NCBI GenBank assembly: GCA_030539115.1
Contig: JAUNSR010000016.1
Span: forward strand, 1,999 to 65,998
DNA length: 64,000 bases
Direction of reading: 5' to 3'
Source of the DNA: Bacteroidales bacterium
GTDB lineage: Bacteria; Bacteroidota; Bacteroidia; Bacteroidales; JAUNSR01
Shown here: positions 30,828 through 41,516 of the stretch, in pieces
Layout of the letters: every line of letters starts with the position of its first letter
How positions within the stretch are numbered: position 1 is the first letter of the stretch
Position numbers and translations under genes: made by a program
The notes under the pieces: model-generated
Told to the model about the DNA's origin: nothing
The model's input: only the letters and a program-made list of their open reading frames with translations
The model's database searches: none

Positions 30828-32439
30828 TATTATTGCTATCTCTATTTTTATTAAAATGACGTTTTGGAGGTTTTCTGAATTTCCTATTAGAACTATCTGT
30901 CGTTCCCTCTTTTTTATTGATTGAAGAGCCATTTTGAACGTCATTCGTTGCCGATAAATCTTTAGGTTGTCCGGAATTATTCTTTTCTACAATTTTACCA
31001 TTATTAGGTTGTTGGCTTCCATCATTAGGACGCTGTCCATTATTACCCTTATTGGAAAAATCCTGATTTGAACGCTGGCTGCCACCATTGGTTTGTGGAT
31101 TACCAACACCGGCCTGTCTGTTGCCACTGATAACAGGTTGGGTTACGCCATTATCCTGCTTATTTACGCCATTGGAACGCTGTACTCTTAAGCCTTTTTT
31201 ATCGTTTTGATATTGAGGCTTTAAATTTCTTTCACCTTTGCCATCTATTTCATCAGTGCCATTTTGAAAACTTTTATCAGTGTGAGCATCATTTAGAGAA
31301 TTTTCTTCAGAAAGCTCATTTTGATTGCCGCGATTATCCTTTTTTCTTTTCTTGTTTTTTGCCAGCTTGCTTTTATCAAAACGAGTAAGAGAATCTTGCC
31401 CAACAATATCTCCGAATTCCTTCTTAACCTCCTCTTTTTCATCAGGTATAGCCAAAGAATCAACCTTAACACCTCTTTTGTTAAGAGCAATAATTTCAAA
31501 AGCTCTTGATGCGGGAATGGTAACAAGGTTGGCAGGGAAATCTTTGTTTGTCGAATAGCTAATCATTCTCTTGTGAATATCAGTCTTGAAATGATAATAT
31601 TCACCATCCTTAGTAAGAAGCGCAATTTCTCTTGATGGAAGTTGCTTTTGTGCTTCTACATAAGTGTCGACTTCATAGTTAAGACAGCATTTTAATTTGG
31701 CACATTGGCCGGCAAGTTTCTGAGGATTTAAAGAAATATCCTGATATCTTGCAGCAGAAGTGGCAACACTTACAAAACTGGTCATCCAACCTGAACAACA
31801 AAGCTCTCTTCCGCAAGGACCAATACCACCAATTCTTCCTGCCTCCTGACGTGCGCCGATTTGTTTCATCTCAATTCTTACTCTGAAATTCTCTGCAAGA
31901 ACTTTGATTAACTGACGAAAATCCACACGGTCATCAGCAATGTAATAAAAGATAGCTTTATTGCCATCGCCCTGATACTCCACATCTCCAATCTTCATAT
32001 TAAGATTCAAGTCTTCGGCAATTTTTCTTGCACGAAGCATAGTATCATGTTCCTTGGCCTTAGCCTCTTCATATTTTTCCATATCCACAGGCTTAACCTT
32101 GCGGTAAACTCTGCGAATATCAGGATTGTCGAGACGAACGTTGTTTTTCTTCATTTGAAGAAGAACAAGTCTGCCTGTAAGAGTAACTTCTCCAATGTCG
32201 TGACCAGGATTTGACTCGACAGCCACCATATCGCCTTTTTCAAGGCTTACATTGTTGGAATTTCTAAAGTATCCTTTCCTTGTATTTTTAAACTGAACTT
32301 CAACAAAATCGCTGTCATTAGAATCCGGGATATCCTGAAGCCAATCATAAACGTTCAGTTTTTTATTAGAACTGTATTTACAGCGGGGACAAGTCCCATG
32401 TTTACTGCAGCAGCCCTCTTTTTTTTCGTTTACATCCAT
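30787..32439 (-). CDS. ricT: PSP1-domain RicT/YaaT-family Fe-S protein with long disordered tail
   Basis: VEVQFKNTRK, FYYIADDRVDFRQL, GGIGPCGRELCC, KLAGQCAKLKCCLNYE. Confidence 0.88.
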   Translation of the reverse strand: MDVNEKKEGCCSKHGTCPRCKYSSNKKLNVYDWLQDIPDSNDSDFVEVQFKNTRKGYFRNSNNVSLEKGDMVAVESNPGHDIGEVTLTGRLVLLQMKKNNVRLDNPDIRRVYRKVKPVDMEKYEEAKAKEHDTMLRARKIAEDLNLNMKIGDVEYQGDGNKAIFYYIADDRVDFRQLIKVLAENFRVRIEMKQIGARQEAGRIGGIGPCGRELCCSGWMTSFVSVATSAARYQDISLNPQKLAGQCAKLKCCLNYEVDTYVEAQKQLPSREIALLTKDGEYYHFKTDIHKRMISYSTNKDFPANLVTIPASRAFEIIALNKRGVKVDSLAIPDEKEEVKKEFGDIVGQDSLTRFDKSKLAKNKKRKKDNRGNQNELSEENSLNDAHTDKSFQNGTDEIDGKGERNLKPQYQNDKKGLRVQRSNGVNKQDNGVTQPVISGNRQAGVGNPQTNGGSQRSNQDFSNKGNNGQRPNDGSQQPNNGKIVEKNNSGQPKDLSATNDVQNGSSINKKEGTTDSSNRKFRKPPKRHFNKNRDSNNNDNPAKNIKPVQE

Positions 32440-32454
32440 AATAAGTTTACTAAA

Positions 32455-33990
32455 TTACTTAGCGTAACTTACAGCACGGGTTTCACGTATTACTGTAATC
32501 TTAACCTGTCCCGGATAGGTCATTTCATCTTGAATCTTTTTAGCAATTTCACCTGAAAGCTTCTCTGTCTCGGTATCGTCAATCTTATCAGCGCCAACAA
32601 TAACGCGAAGCTCCCTTCCTGCCTGAATAGCATAAGTTTTAAGAACGCCCGGATAAGAAAGCGCCAACTGTTCCAAGTCGTTAAGACGTTTAATATAAGC
32701 TTCAACAATCTCACGACGGGCTCCAGGGCGAGCACCAGAGATTGCATCACACACCTGAACCAAAGGAGCAATCAAAGACGTCATTTCAACTTCATCATGG
32801 TGAGCTCCGATAGCATTACAGATATCCGGTTTTTCTTTATATTTTTCAGCAAGCTTCATACCAAGAATAGCGTGTGGCAATTCCGGCTCATCATCAGGCA
32901 CTTTGCCTATATCATGAAGAAGACCCGCTCTTTTTGCTTTCTTAGTATTTAGTCCAAGTTCAGAAGCCATCACAGCACAAAGGTTTGCAGTTTCTCTTGC
33001 ATGTTGAAGAAGATTCTGACCATAAGATGAGCGATATTTCATCTTGCCTATCAATCTTATAAGTTCAGGATGCAGTCCATGAACGCCAAGATCGATAGCT
33101 GTACGCTTACCTGTTTCAATGATTTCCTCCTCTATTTGTTTTCTTACTTTAGTAACAACCTCTTCAATACGAGCCGGATGAATACGTCCGTCTGTTACAA
33201 GTTGGTGAAGAGCAAGACGCGCTATTTCACGTCTTACAGGGTCAAATGCTGAAAGAACAATTGCTTCTGGGGTATCATCTACGATGATTTCAACGCCTGT
33301 TGCAGCCTCCAAAGCGCGGATATTTCTACCCTCACGACCAATAATTCTACCCTTTATTTCGTCTGATTCAATATGGAAAACAGTTACTGAATTTTCAATT
33401 GCTGTTTCAGTAGCCACACGTTGAATAGTTTTTATTACTATACTTTTAGCCTCCTTGTTGGCTGTCATTTTAGCCTCATCCATAATATCATTGATATAAG
33501 ATGCAGCTTCTGTTTTAGCCTCTTCTTTCAAAGACTCAACAAGTTTTTCCTTAGCTTCTTCTGCAGAAAGACCTGCGATTTGTTCAAGTTTAACAATTCC
33601 CTCTTTATGAAGTTTTTCAAGGTCTTGTTTTTTATTGTCGATAATTTCAAGTTGTTTCTCGAGATTTTCCTTTACAGCATCCACCTCCTGACGTTTTCTT
33701 GAGATGTCTTCTTGCTTTTGATTCAATTGCAGTTCTCTTTGTTTGAGTTTTGATTCAGCAGATTGCAGCTTTGAGTTTCTTGCATTTGCAAGTTTCTCAA
33801 CCTCAGCTTTCATTTGAATACCCTTCTCTTTCACTTCAAAGAGTTTCTCTTTTTTTATAACCTCAGCTTCTTTATTGGCGCTCTCTATGATAGAGTTATA
33901 TCTCTGTTTTAAAAGGTATCTGACTGTAAAGTATGTTAGTCCACCTCCTAAAATCAGACATGCAATGGCTGCTAGCACTATTGTTGTCAT
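32455..33990 (-). CDS. rny: Ribonuclease Y
   Basis: N-terminal TM, coiled coil, KH motif [15 protein letters not shown] motif [17 protein letters not shown]. Confidence 0.97.
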   Translation of the reverse strand: MTTIVLAAIACLILGGGLTYFTVRYLLKQRYNSIIESANKEAEVIKKEKLFEVKEKGIQMKAEVEKLANARNSKLQSAESKLKQRELQLNQKQEDISRKRQEVDAVKENLEKQLEIIDNKKQDLEKLHKEGIVKLEQIAGLSAEEAKEKLVESLKEEAKTEAASYINDIMDEAKMTANKEAKSIVIKTIQRVATETAIENSVTVFHIESDEIKGRIIGREGRNIRALEAATGVEIIVDDTPEAIVLSAFDPVRREIARLALHQLVTDGRIHPARIEEVVTKVRKQIEEEIIETGKRTAIDLGVHGLHPELIRLIGKMKYRSSYGQNLLQHARETANLCAVMASELGLNTKKAKRAGLLHDIGKVPDDEPELPHAILGMKLAEKYKEKPDICNAIGAHHDEVEMTSLIAPLVQVCDAISGARPGARREIVEAYIKRLNDLEQLALSYPGVLKTYAIQAGRELRVIVGADKIDDTETEKLSGEIAKKIQDEMTYPGQVKITVIRETRAVSYAK

Positions 33991-34009
33991 CTTCTAATTT
34001 ATTATTGTT

Positions 34010-34055
34010 AAAAAAAAGCACCACAAATACTTCTCTAAGGAAGTATTAGCAGTGC
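34010..34055 (-). terminator. Terminator-like hairpin between zapA and rny
   Basis: GCACTGC-T-AATACTTC / GAAGTATT-T-GTGGTGC followed by T8 on the minus strand. Confidence 0.65.
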
Positions 34056-34081
34056 AGAATATTATAATATGTTTTATAAAC

Positions 34082-34378
34082 TTACTTATTTTTAAGAAAT
34101 TCCTCTACATCCCGAGTAATCTCCTCAATTTTCTCTCCAAGCGAGTCAATGCCTTTGTTTTCATCAACTTTAAGGTATTTAACTGCAAATTCAAGAGCTA
34201 CAAAAGAGAGAAAATGATTATCATCCAAATCGATGTTTTTATATTTCTCTTTATAATCGGCAAGTCTTTGATTCACCAACTTTGCAGCTTTGCGGTAAAG
34301 CTCTTCCTGATCTCTATTTATAGTTAAAGGATGAGAAGATTCCGCTATCTTTATTCTAATTGTAAATTTATCGTTCAT
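34082..34378 (-). CDS. zapA: Cell division protein ZapA
   Basis: I.IKIA....PLTI....EE.YRKAA..VN motif; upstream of rny. Confidence 0.85.
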   Translation of the reverse strand: MNDKFTIRIKIAESSHPLTINRDQEELYRKAAKLVNQRLADYKEKYKNIDLDDNHFLSFVALEFAVKYLKVDENKGIDSLGEKIEEITRDVEEFLKNK

Positions 34379-34383
34379 TGCAT

Positions 34384-34683
34384 CTATTCATTAAGTAATG
34401 CGATGCATTTATCGATCTCCCGCACTAATTTATTAAACCTAAGTTTAGTTTCTTTCATATCGGTAGGTTCCCCCGATAATGCATGCGCTGCTTTTAGGTT
34501 CAGATATTTGGTACTATATTCTTCTTTTTCGTGAATAACTTTCATTAATTGAGCTTCTTTCTCATCCAACTTCAAAAGAAGATCCTGTTTTTGTTCTTCT
34601 AAATTATCACAAAGAAACATGAGTTGTCTAACTCGTGCTTCAAGAACATTCAATAATTTTTTAGGATCATCAGCCATTTTCAT
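34384..34683 (-). CDS. Coiled-coil protein (ZapB-like) upstream of zapA
   Basis: Heptad pattern; C-terminal LVREIDKCIALLN typical of this Bacteroidota gene. Confidence 0.75.
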   Translation of the reverse strand: MKMADDPKKLLNVLEARVRQLMFLCDNLEEQKQDLLLKLDEKEAQLMKVIHEKEEYSTKYLNLKAAHALSGEPTDMKETKLRFNKLVREIDKCIALLNE

Positions 34684-35051
34684 ACCAAAATCTACACAAA
34701 TGTAGAAATAAACGCGGAATTTTAAAATTATTAGGAGCCTATTTTAGGATAATTACTCTTTTTGTCCCCTTTTTTATTCTTTTTCTCTTTATTGAAGCTT
34801 TCTATTTAAATTAAATATTTATAAAAGTCGTAAATATTATGCCAATTATAAAGTCTTTAGCGAAAATATCTATTTTTTCTTCATGCATACTTTACAATTA
34901 AGTATCACTCTTAAGTTTTTTATTAATACTGATTTTGTATATTTGAGCATTGCGGAATCGATTTTTATTTAAACAAGTTCTAATGCCAATAACCAATAGT
35001 TTAAATAAACCATTATACTTTGAAATTTTTACTTTAACAACTTTTTATCAA

Positions 35052-35435
35052 ATGAATGAATTAGAAAATGGCTATCCTGTAAGGAAGTATAAAATGCCGA
35101 TTAAAAGATACTGTCAGACCTTAACACTGAATTGCGATAATGAGAAGCTTGAAAAATATATTTCTGCTCATTCTCCACAAAACATCTGGAAAGAGATTCC
35201 CCAAGGAATCAAACAGGTTGGAATACTTAATATGGAAATATTTATAGATGGGCATTTACTTTTTATGATTGTTGAAACTCCAATTGATTTTGATTGGAAT
35301 GTGGCAATGAAAAAGCTGGCTCAGCTTCCTCGTCAGGCAGAATGGGAAGCTTATGTGGCGTTGCTTCAAGGTGTAGATCCTTCGGCAACATCTGATGAAA
35401 AATGGAAACTGATGAAACAAATTTTTTCTCTTTAA
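35052..35435 (+). CDS. L-rhamnose/L-fucose mutarotase family protein
   Basis: KRYCQTL, Y...H....W.EI..GI..VGI..MEI, LFMIVET, EWE, KWKLM; start MNELENGY preferred. Confidence 0.82.
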   Translation: MNELENGYPVRKYKMPIKRYCQTLTLNCDNEKLEKYISAHSPQNIWKEIPQGIKQVGILNMEIFIDGHLLFMIVETPIDFDWNVAMKKLAQLPRQAEWEAYVALLQGVDPSATSDEKWKLMKQIFSL

Positions 35436-35467
35436 AGAAAACCTTAACTATTTAATCAATTATAAAT

Positions 35468-36826
35468 ATGGAAAACATTACACAAGAATTAAGCTCTCAA
35501 ACTGATATCGCTATCGAAAAGAAGAGCCGGCATGAAAAAGAATCTTTGTTTGTCAAGGATGGTGTTAACTATCTGGTCCCTTTTATACTTGTTACATCTT
35601 TATTCTTCATATGGGGACTTGCAAACAATATGACAGACACTCTTCTTTCTGCATTTAGAGAGATTATGTCGATGTCTTCTTTACAAACGTCATTTATTCA
35701 GATGTCTTTTTACGGTGCATATTTTTGTTTTGCACTGCCTGCAGCTCTCTTTATCCGCAAATATTCATATAAATCAGGGATTGTTCTTGGACTATTGATG
35801 TTTGCCACGGGAGGCTTCCTTTTTTATCCAGCAGGTTCAATGGCAAGTTATCCTTTCTATTTGATTGCAATATATATTCTTGCTGCAGGATGTTCAATAC
35901 TTGAGACAACCGCAAATCCATTTATTCTTTCAATGGGCCCGGAGGAGACCTCAACAAGAAGGTTGAACTTTGCACAATCTTTTAATCCTATTGGCTCTAT
36001 AACAGGTCTTCTGATAAGTAAATATTTTATTCTCTCTGCGCTTGCAACCGATACTGAAAGAGATTCAATGAGTGAAATTGAGATTTTAAAGAATCAATCC
36101 GGTGAGTTGTTCGCCGTAAGCGCTCCTTATATGATTACGGGATTAATTATGTTTGCAGTAATGGCGGTTTTTATTTTTTATCCTCTTCCCAAAAGTTCAG
36201 ATACTGATAAAAGTTCAATGTTTGAGGTCTTAAAAAGACTTTTAAAAAATAAACATTATTCATACGGCGTAGTAACTCAGTTTTTCTATGTAGGGGCTCA
36301 AATATGTACTTGGTCATATCTTATACAATATATTTGTTCTGACTCAACATTAACACCCGAAGAGGCTTCGACTTTCAGTGTAATATCATTGGCATTATTC
36401 ACAGGTGCAAGATTTCTGTTTACATATCTTATGAAATTTTTTAAACCTGCATTGTTGCTTTCAGGGTCTGCCGTGATGGCTGTTTTATGTACTGCAATTG
36501 TAATCTTCAGCTCAGGCACTTTAGCCATAATAGCAATAATCGGAATATCATTCTTTATGTCATTAATGTTCCCAACAATATACGGCATAGCATTAAAGGG
36601 AATAGGAGAGGATGCAAAAGTTGGAGCTTCAGGACTTATTATGGCTATTTTAGGAGGAGCCTTATTCCCAATAATTCAAGGATGGATTGCTACTAAAGCA
36701 AGTTTTACAGATCCTTTAACAGGAGAGGTTTTGGAAAATTTCAAACTCTCATACATAGTTCCTTTTGTATGTTTTGTTGTTGTGCTTTTTTATGGCATGT
36801 TCTCATTGAAAAATCACAGAGAGTAA
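35468..36826 (+). CDS. fucP: L-fucose:H+ symporter family MFS permease
   Basis: LFFIWG, FYGAYF, LETTANP, RRLNFAQSFNPIG, SLMFPTIY, IMAILGGA. Confidence 0.85.
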   Translation: MENITQELSSQTDIAIEKKSRHEKESLFVKDGVNYLVPFILVTSLFFIWGLANNMTDTLLSAFREIMSMSSLQTSFIQMSFYGAYFCFALPAALFIRKYSYKSGIVLGLLMFATGGFLFYPAGSMASYPFYLIAIYILAAGCSILETTANPFILSMGPEETSTRRLNFAQSFNPIGSITGLLISKYFILSALATDTERDSMSEIEILKNQSGELFAVSAPYMITGLIMFAVMAVFIFYPLPKSSDTDKSSMFEVLKRLLKNKHYSYGVVTQFFYVGAQICTWSYLIQYICSDSTLTPEEASTFSVISLALFTGARFLFTYLMKFFKPALLLSGSAVMAVLCTAIVIFSSGTLAIIAIIGISFFMSLMFPTIYGIALKGIGEDAKVGASGLIMAILGGALFPIIQGWIATKASFTDPLTGEVLENFKLSYIVPFVCFVVVLFYGMFSLKNHRE

Positions 36827-36856
36827 ATTCTATTTAATCAATTCAATATAGCTTAT

Positions 36857-36900
36857 AAAAAAAGCAGATTGTCTCAGGAGAAGAGACAATCTGCTTTTTT
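36857..36900. terminator. Bidirectional terminator
   Basis: AAAAAAGCAGATTGTCTC / GAGACAATCTGCTTTTTT perfect inverted repeat. Confidence 0.85.
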
Positions 36901-36913
36901 ATTTGTGCTATTA

Positions 36914-38344
36914 TTAAACTTCAAGTTTATAAGGATGACGATATTGATACCAATATAAACGGTGGTTTTTAGCCTCCTCATCATCAATAAAGCTTTTAGT
37001 TGCAGGGTCCCATTTAACAGGACGATTAAGTTCTCTTGCAATGTTGTTTAGGCAGCAAAGAGTGTTTGTGCTGTTCCCAACTTCAACAGGCGCAACCGGA
37101 TTCTTTCTTGAACGAACGCAATCGATAAAGTTTTGCATGTGGGAAGCATTGATTTCGTAGCTTCCTGATGTCCCGCCGTTACTCCTTTGACGAGCCTCAG
37201 CATCGCGTTTCTTCTTTTCCTCTTCCCATTTTTTGCGCTCTTTGTCACTCATCGGACTCATGTGCTTAACATTGTCAGGAATTTTAGAAGGATCGGAGCA
37301 ATTGATATGACCGCGTGCTACAGTAATCCATCCGTTGTCTCCAATAAATTTGATACCTTGAGCCCCTTTGTTTTCTTCAAGATATGGCTGTTCTGTCATA
37401 ACAATACCGTTTGCATAGATCATTGTTGTATATTCTGTGCCTTTATATCCTTTTGGAACAAACTCAACCGGACCTGAACCATCCATTCCTATTGCTGCCT
37501 GAGCGATATCAAACATGTGAGCGCCCCAATCGGCAGTAAATCCATTGCCTGTTTCCTGATACCAGCGCCAACCGCCCCAGAATTGTTCGTTTTTTTCAGG
37601 ATCTAAAGATACCGGAGGACAAAGCTGTTCGTTATAATGAATTTTCGGATCGTTTAGAGGGCCTAACCAAAGGTTAAAGTTTAGACTCTCCGGAACATCC
37701 TGCTCAGGAAGAGTGTATGGCGTAGGAGGTTCACCAACTTTTGCATATATTTTGTTGATGTGTCCAATTTGACCACCTCTAACCATTTTTATTGCTTGAA
37801 TAAATTCCTGACTTGAACGCTGTTGACTGCCCATCTGAAGCACTCTGCCATTTCCTCTTACAGCTTTTGCAATTGCGTCACCCTCTGTGATTGTATATGC
37901 AAGAGGTTTTTGGCAATAAACGTCTTTTCCTGACTGAGCTGCCCAGATTGCGCAAAGAGCATGCCAGTGGTCAGGAGTTGCAATAGAAACTGCATCGATA
38001 TCTTTTCTGTTTAATAACTCTTCAAAAAGTTCGTATTTATCACAGCGCTGATTCATTTTGTTTTCAGACTGCCATTTTGTTACTCTTCTTCTAAAACGTT
38101 CAGCTTTGATACTGTCTACATCGCATCCCGCTGCTATTTGTACTCCCGGACACCCTGTAAAAGACCAAAAGTCTGACAATCCTTGTTGTCCTAATCCAAC
38201 AAATCCCATAACGACTCTGTCGCTTGGTGCAATTTTTACTCCGTCAATAACAAAGCTTGGCAATATGGTCAAACCTGTTAAGCCGAGAGCTGACAATCCG
38301 AGAAATTCTCGTCTTGACATCCCTTTTTTTGAAATTTTCTCCAT
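36914..38344 (-). CDS. Tat-exported Gfo/Idh/MocA oxidoreductase
   Basis: SRREFLG twin-arginine signal, VGLGQQG, IATPDHWH, YCQKPL, DWGAH..D. Confidence 0.88.
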   Translation of the reverse strand: MEKISKKGMSRREFLGLSALGLTGLTILPSFVIDGVKIAPSDRVVMGFVGLGQQGLSDFWSFTGCPGVQIAAGCDVDSIKAERFRRRVTKWQSENKMNQRCDKYELFEELLNRKDIDAVSIATPDHWHALCAIWAAQSGKDVYCQKPLAYTITEGDAIAKAVRGNGRVLQMGSQQRSSQEFIQAIKMVRGGQIGHINKIYAKVGEPPTPYTLPEQDVPESLNFNLWLGPLNDPKIHYNEQLCPPVSLDPEKNEQFWGGWRWYQETGNGFTADWGAHMFDIAQAAIGMDGSGPVEFVPKGYKGTEYTTMIYANGIVMTEQPYLEENKGAQGIKFIGDNGWITVARGHINCSDPSKIPDNVKHMSPMSDKERKKWEEEKKKRDAEARQRSNGGTSGSYEINASHMQNFIDCVRSRKNPVAPVEVGNSTNTLCCLNNIARELNRPVKWDPATKSFIDDEEAKNHRLYWYQYRHPYKLEV

Positions 38345-38517
38345 TTAATATTGTTTTTATGGTAAAAAGATATGTGATGTTGCTTAATCGATTAAATTAA
38401 TTATTTCTCAAACGATGGCATAAAAATAATAAACTAAATTTATAAAAAATAAACAAAAAACATTTTTTTAGTGTTGTAGCTCATTTAACTGGTAAATTAA
38501 CTCTTAAGATCATCATT

Positions 38518-39411
38518 ATGAAAAACTTCTGCTTGTTTTATCCTTTATTTGTGGCTTTTACATTAATGCCATTTATAAACTATGGCAATAATAATGAGCT
38601 GAATTTCCTCTCTAATGAAAAATAGGAGAATTCCATAAAACAAATCAGTAAAGTCGATAAAAAAGCTGCTCATTTAAAGAATGAAATTTTAAACTCCAAA
38701 ACCAAGGTTAAGATCAAGGGGGTGTCATATTATGTTTCTGCCATAGGAAATGACAATAATGACGGGCTATCAGCTGAAAAAGCTTTTAAATCATTAGATA
38801 AAATCAACAATTTAAAATTAAATCCCGGCGATGGCGTATTTTTTAAAAGAGGAGATTTGTGGAGAGGCTCTGGTATGGCACAAAAAGGAATTACTTATTC
38901 TGCTTATGGCAAAGGGGAGAAACCAAAAATTTATGGCTCTCCTTTTGATGCCGCCAAACAGTATAAATGGGTTCTTACCTCTGTGCCAAATGTTTATTAT
39001 TTAGACTATGATCTTAACAAAGATGTTGGAACATTGGTGTTTAATGGGGGAGAGGCTTGTGCCTTTAAAGTTATGAAAAGAAGAAATCAAACAACAGGCG
39101 AGACATTACATATTGAAACAGGCGAAAAGTTTGACAATTATAAGGATTTAAAAAGAGACCTTGATTTTTTTCATGACTATAATGGTACAAAGAAGATTTA
39201 TCTGTGTTCTACAAAAGGAATCCCGTCTGAAAGATTTAATTCAATAGAATTGCTTGAAAAACAAAATATATTCTCTGTAAGACAGAATGATGTGTGGATT
39301 GATAATATTTGCCTTAAATATGGAGGAGCTCATGGAATTGGCTGCGGCAAGGTTGACAATACAAAATTAAAAAACTTAAATCAAAGTCCGATATGTAGTT
39401 CTAAAATTTGA
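38518..39411 (+). pseudogene. Disrupted secreted right-handed beta-helix protein
   Basis: ATG 38518 with signal peptide, in-frame TAG 38623-38625, then YYVS..GNDNNDGLS, PGD.V.FKRGD.WRG, YG.G.KP; ends soon after YGGAHGI. Confidence 0.7.
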
Positions 39412-39482
39412 TACTATCATTTTCTTTTGATTTTTGGTTTTTGCAATTTTGTAAACATCACAAAATCAGGAGTATATAAATT

Positions 39483-39585
39483 AGCGCTGAATTTGATTAT
39501 TGAAAAGTGAAATTTCATTAGTCAAAACGAAATTTTCATTATAGAAAATTTAATTTTGATTATCGATTTTTTAATTTTCAACAGT
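39483..39585. repeat. Degenerate 21-bp tandem repeat (5 units)
   Basis: T(C/G)A anchors preceded by T-runs at 39494, 39515, 39536, 39557 and 39578. Confidence 0.55.
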
Positions 39586-39908
39586 CTTTTTCAGTTTATT
39601 AAAATGACATTGATTTTTTCTCAAAAGATATTTGTTTTCATATTTATAAAATCACGATTTTGACTAATTGAAATCTATTTTCTTATTTATAAAAAACATC
39701 TGAGCATGTATGTAATTGTATTTGCAATATATAAGCTTTTTTATTGAATACTCTATATTATGCATTCGAAAAAAAAGAATAACAATATGCGGTTTTAAAT
39801 TTAAATCAATTTGTCTGAATATGTTTATCAGTACTTTATGAAACTATATATATTTGCCGGTATTAAACACGTGTTGTACTTTTTTCCTAATATAATAAAT
39901 ACCATAAA

Positions 39909-41069
39909 ATGAAACATCTGAAAGTTTTTCTATTGGCTTTATTTGCCGCAATAGTTGTCAATGTAAATGCAGCTGATGAGAGCCGAATTTTTAAATCAAA
40001 ACCCTATTTGCAATCTTTATATAATAATGGCATCACAGTCTCTTGGATAACCAATGTTCCTTGTTACAGTTGGGTGGAATATGGTATTGATAAAAACGAC
40101 CTTCAGGCAAAACATGCTGTTGAGGATGGTATTGTGATAGCAAACAATAAAGAAAATGCAATAAGACTTGAGAATTTAACTCCCGGAGCTACCTATTATT
40201 ATAGAGTGTGTTCGAAAGAGAACAAAAACTATCAGGCTTACAGCAAAACATTTGGAGAGACAGCAGTTTCTGATATCTATTCTTTTAAAGTTCCTGAATT
40301 GAATGTGAAAGATTTTACAATCATTGTTTTTAATGATATTCATAGAAACAATGCTGTATTGGAAAAATTGTACAATCAGGTAAAAGATATAGATTATGAT
40401 TTTTCGGTTTTTAATGGAGATGACCTTAATGATTGTGAGAATGATGAGGGGATAGTTAATGAAGTATCTGCAATTACAAACATTGTAAAGGGCTATTCCA
40501 AACCGATTTTATATGTTAGAGGCAACCATGAACTTAGAGGCTCTTCGGCTCTTAACATTAAAAACTATGTAGACAGAATAGGAAATAAATATTACAGCGG
40601 TTTTAGCTGGGGTGATACAAGGTTTGTAATTTTAGATTTAGGTGAAGATAAGCCGGATGACAGTCCTGTGTTTGGAGGTTTAATAGATTTAAAACAATAT
40701 ATTGCCGATCAGTCTGAGTTTTTAAAGAAAGAGGTAAAAAGCAAAGAGTTTAAAAAAGCTCAAAGAAGAATTCTTATTCATCATGTGCCTTTCTATCATA
40801 ATGAAGATACCTATAATCCTTGTGCTTTTTATTTGGATATTTTGAAAAATGCCCAAATTGATATAGACCTGTCAGGACATACTCATACATATAAATATTG
40901 GTCTAAAGGAAAAGATCAATTGTTCCCGGCTTATATCGGAGGCGGTCCTAATGAAAATCCTGAGTCAAAAAATTTTGGAACCGTAGCAATACTTAAAAAA
41001 GAGAACAAAAGGCTAACTCTAAGAGTACTTAAAGTAGATGGCAGTGAGCTCCTTAATGTTGAATTGTAG
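39909..41069 (+). CDS. Secreted metallophosphoesterase with purple-acid-phosphatase/Fn3 N-terminal domain
   Basis: PYLQ, NDIH, NGD, RGNHE, HHVP, SGHTH. Confidence 0.87.
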   Translation: MKHLKVFLLALFAAIVVNVNAADESRIFKSKPYLQSLYNNGITVSWITNVPCYSWVEYGIDKNDLQAKHAVEDGIVIANNKENAIRLENLTPGATYYYRVCSKENKNYQAYSKTFGETAVSDIYSFKVPELNVKDFTIIVFNDIHRNNAVLEKLYNQVKDIDYDFSVFNGDDLNDCENDEGIVNEVSAITNIVKGYSKPILYVRGNHELRGSSALNIKNYVDRIGNKYYSGFSWGDTRFVILDLGEDKPDDSPVFGGLIDLKQYIADQSEFLKKEVKSKEFKKAQRRILIHHVPFYHNEDTYNPCAFYLDILKNAQIDIDLSGHTHTYKYWSKGKDQLFPAYIGGGPNENPESKNFGTVAILKKENKRLTLRVLKVDGSELLNVEL

Positions 41070-41143
41070 ATATTTAAAGGTGTTATGAAATATATAGTGG
41101 TTTAAGTTTTCTCAATGCATTTTAAAAGATATGCTATTAAAAA

Positions 41144-41180
41144 AATAAGAGCAGTAAGATTTGATCTTGCTGCTCTTATT
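41144..41180. terminator. Terminator between phosphoesterase and trxA
   Basis: AATAAGAGCAGTAAGAT / ATCTTGCTGCTCTTATT inverted repeat. Confidence 0.75.
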
Positions 41181-41201
41181 TAGTATATTATAATATCAAT
41201 A

Positions 41202-41516
41202 TTACAATAAAGCGTCTATTTTAGCTTTAAGTGCACCCTTTTGAGTTGCTCCAACTTGTTTGTCAACAAGCTTGCCATCTTTGAAGAAAAGAATAGTAGG
41301 AATATTTCTAATGCCATATTCAGCACTAAGATCGTTTTCTTCGTCAACATTGTATTTACCGATTTCAACTTTACCATCATATTCAGAGGCAAGTTCTTCA
41401 ATAATTGGAGAAACCATACGGCAAGGGCCGCACCATTCTGCCCAGAAATCAATTACAACAGGTTTTCCCGAAGCAATAATTTCTTTAACGCTATCATCTT
41501 TAAATGTAGTAGCCAT
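41202..41516 (-). CDS. trxA: Thioredoxin
   Basis: DFWAEWCGPC, IRNIPT. Confidence 0.96.
   Translation of the reverse strand: MATTFKDDSVKEIIASGKPVVIDFWAEWCGPCRMVSPIIEELASEYDGKVEIGKYNVDEENDLSAEYGIRNIPTILFFKDGKLVDKQVGATQKGALKAKIDALL

Noticed and set aside
33991-34081. 6S RNA downstream of zapA
   Set aside because: The spacer is only 91 nt and forms a simple hairpin with a T-run, with no central bubble.
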